From the NCBI RefSeq assembly GCF_964355755.1, contig NC_092672.1, positions 20,101,237-20,165,236 of the forward strand: a stretch of 64,000 bases of DNA, in the 5' to 3' direction. Numbering within the stretch: the stretch's first letter is position 1; the number at the start of each line of letters is the position of its first letter. Below are positions 62,101 through 64,000 of the stretch, one piece after another. The position numbers and the translations under genes were made by a program. The stretch is from Antedon mediterranea (taxonomy: Eukaryota > Animalia > Echinodermata). The notes beneath the pieces are model-generated. The model was given only the letters and a program-made list of their open reading frames with translations, made no database searches and was not told the DNA's origin.

Positions 62101-64000
62101 TTAATTGTTGTAGATTCTATTTCAGTACAACCTTTTTTTAAAACTAATATTGACCTTGGTTCATCCTTGTTTCAGTTGATGGTCCTATCTTTTCAATAGA
62201 ATTACATTCATGTTCACAGAGTAAATTAAGATTTATCTCCTTTAAAATTAAATTCAATAAAACTATATCCAATAACAATTTTCCTATGAATAAATAGATG
62301 GAATTATTCTTAGTTTATTGATTTGATTCAGACCAATTTCATACACATTTAGCAATATTTTTTTCATTTTTTAACTAATAATATGCATAGAAAATGTTTA
62401 TTTTACAACTACAATACCTCATTAAGTAATTCAGTTATTTACTTTTTTTATGGCTTTAACTAGTTGAATTCTCTCATGGTACCAATATAAAGTCCTAATT
62501 GGCAATACATTTCTATTGATCATACATTCTAATAATTTATGTTTCATAATTGTTTTGGATTTTATTGTGTTACAATAAAGGAAAAATAAACGGTGCGGGA
62601 AAAAACATTATCAGATGACTAAATATATGTAATATAACGTTTTAATACATTTCTGGTGTTTTTGTGCAACTTCAAATTTTTATTTTTGTGCTATAGTTTA
62701 GTAGTAAACTAAATTTATCTTCCCATTTCCACCCTTTTTAAGACAGAATAGTTCAACTTCCCTTCCCCTGTAGTAGAGCACCGTATCAAGAATGTTAAAT
62801 AACAGACAAGAGACATAAAATTGCTTGTCTACATACACTTTATTCACAGTACACATATGGCTGAATGCATATAACAACATTACTATAAGCCCAACAATTG
62901 GGAAACCTTAAACATGCTTTTTAACAACCTACCTTAAACCCCTGCGTTAGCGGCTAAGGTAACACCAACCCAGCGAATGCTATGCAGTCCAATTAATAGA
63001 TACTTATTGTACCCACATCTTCGTAAAATATCCTTGAACAGCACGGCAGCGTGAATAGGTTATCTTTCTAGCATGTGGCTACTAGTTGATTTCACGGACT
63101 AAATAGTGCTAATGTGGTTCCATGCCTTCTACTCTCTATATCAGCATGTATAAAGACCCAGGTATCTGTGTCCAACAATAATGTCCAACCACCAATAGTT
63201 CTTGATAGTTCAAACACTGAATTATTTAATGTTTTAAATAAACTAAAATTTACACTATGTAGTATTTTTGTTAAAAAATTAATAAAATATGCACTAAATG
63301 TTGATTTTCCTTTTACCTATTCCTTGTATTAATTTAGGTAAATACAGAATTTCATTTACAGTATTGTTGTACAAAACTATGGAACAATCAAGTCCTTCTG
63401 TTTCTGAATTATTTCTTGTAATGTTAAATGATTAGTTTTACACCTTTTCACCTTCTGTCAATTATTTAAGAATTACTGACATTCAGTGATTGAAGTTTCT
63501 CCTTCATCTAATGTTCAAGCAGTATTGTTATAATGTTTTTTTATTGAGAATTGTCCTATAATTTCACACATAAATTAATTATTCCCTGAGATTTGAAATC
63601 AAAATAAAATGTACATTGACTTATTTAATAATTACCCTGATTTAATGCACAACTATTAATTTAGATTGTATACTGGCTTTTTCTTTTTATCCAAATGTAC
63701 ATATGAAAAACATAAGCACTCATTTTGAGGGCTTGTGATGAGTTTAAAATCAAATAACAATATTATCAAGTTAAAGTTCAAAACAATTTTTTTTTGTAAT
63801 GGTCAAATGAATACAAAACAGAAAATATATTTAGGTTACATTAATTTCTTTAAAAAGTAACATGAAAACATAAAATAAAATACATGAATAAAGGTAACTA
63901 TACAGGAACCAAAACTTAAAATAAATAAATAAAATCAAAAGAAATATAGACAATAGCATATTATTTTATCAGAAAAGTAGTTGGAGAGATAATGATTTTC

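Overview
AT-rich, intron-containing animal genomic DNA. The transposon repertoire suggests a marine invertebrate, but the species cannot be determined from this window. The only host gene I can support is the 5' part of a plus-strand ankyrin-repeat gene: four phase-0 exons at 32901-32964, 33615-33689, 38961-39059 and 54400-54498, none of them in the ORF track, with a possible promoter near 11.8-12.0 kb. Almost everything else is repeat-derived: P-like, Harbinger, Kolobok, Mutator, Sola3, pogo and Helitron-type DNA elements (often nested), CR1/L2 and Tx1 LINE remnants, a 5S+tRNA-headed SINE, local duplications, minisatellites and a 7.2-kb 72/68-bp satellite with a 1412-bp higher-order repeat. 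There is no CRISPR array or prokaryotic system. The most interesting signals are: (1) stereotyped TA->TA-CAG-TA, TA-CCG-TA and TA-GGC(C)-TA micro-insertions, shown by paralogous copies within the window, that look like transposon excision footprints and pile up in CpG-rich segments; (2) a Tx1 LINE inserted exactly into the 3' stem-loop of another retroelement; (3) a decayed, intronless coding-like block at 3.1-6.9 kb of unknown, possibly viral or Polinton, origin; (4) a satellite carrying about 100 sense AATAAA motifs, probably inside an intron. Coordinates were counted by eye and family assignments rest on termini, TSDs and remembered motifs, not database searches.
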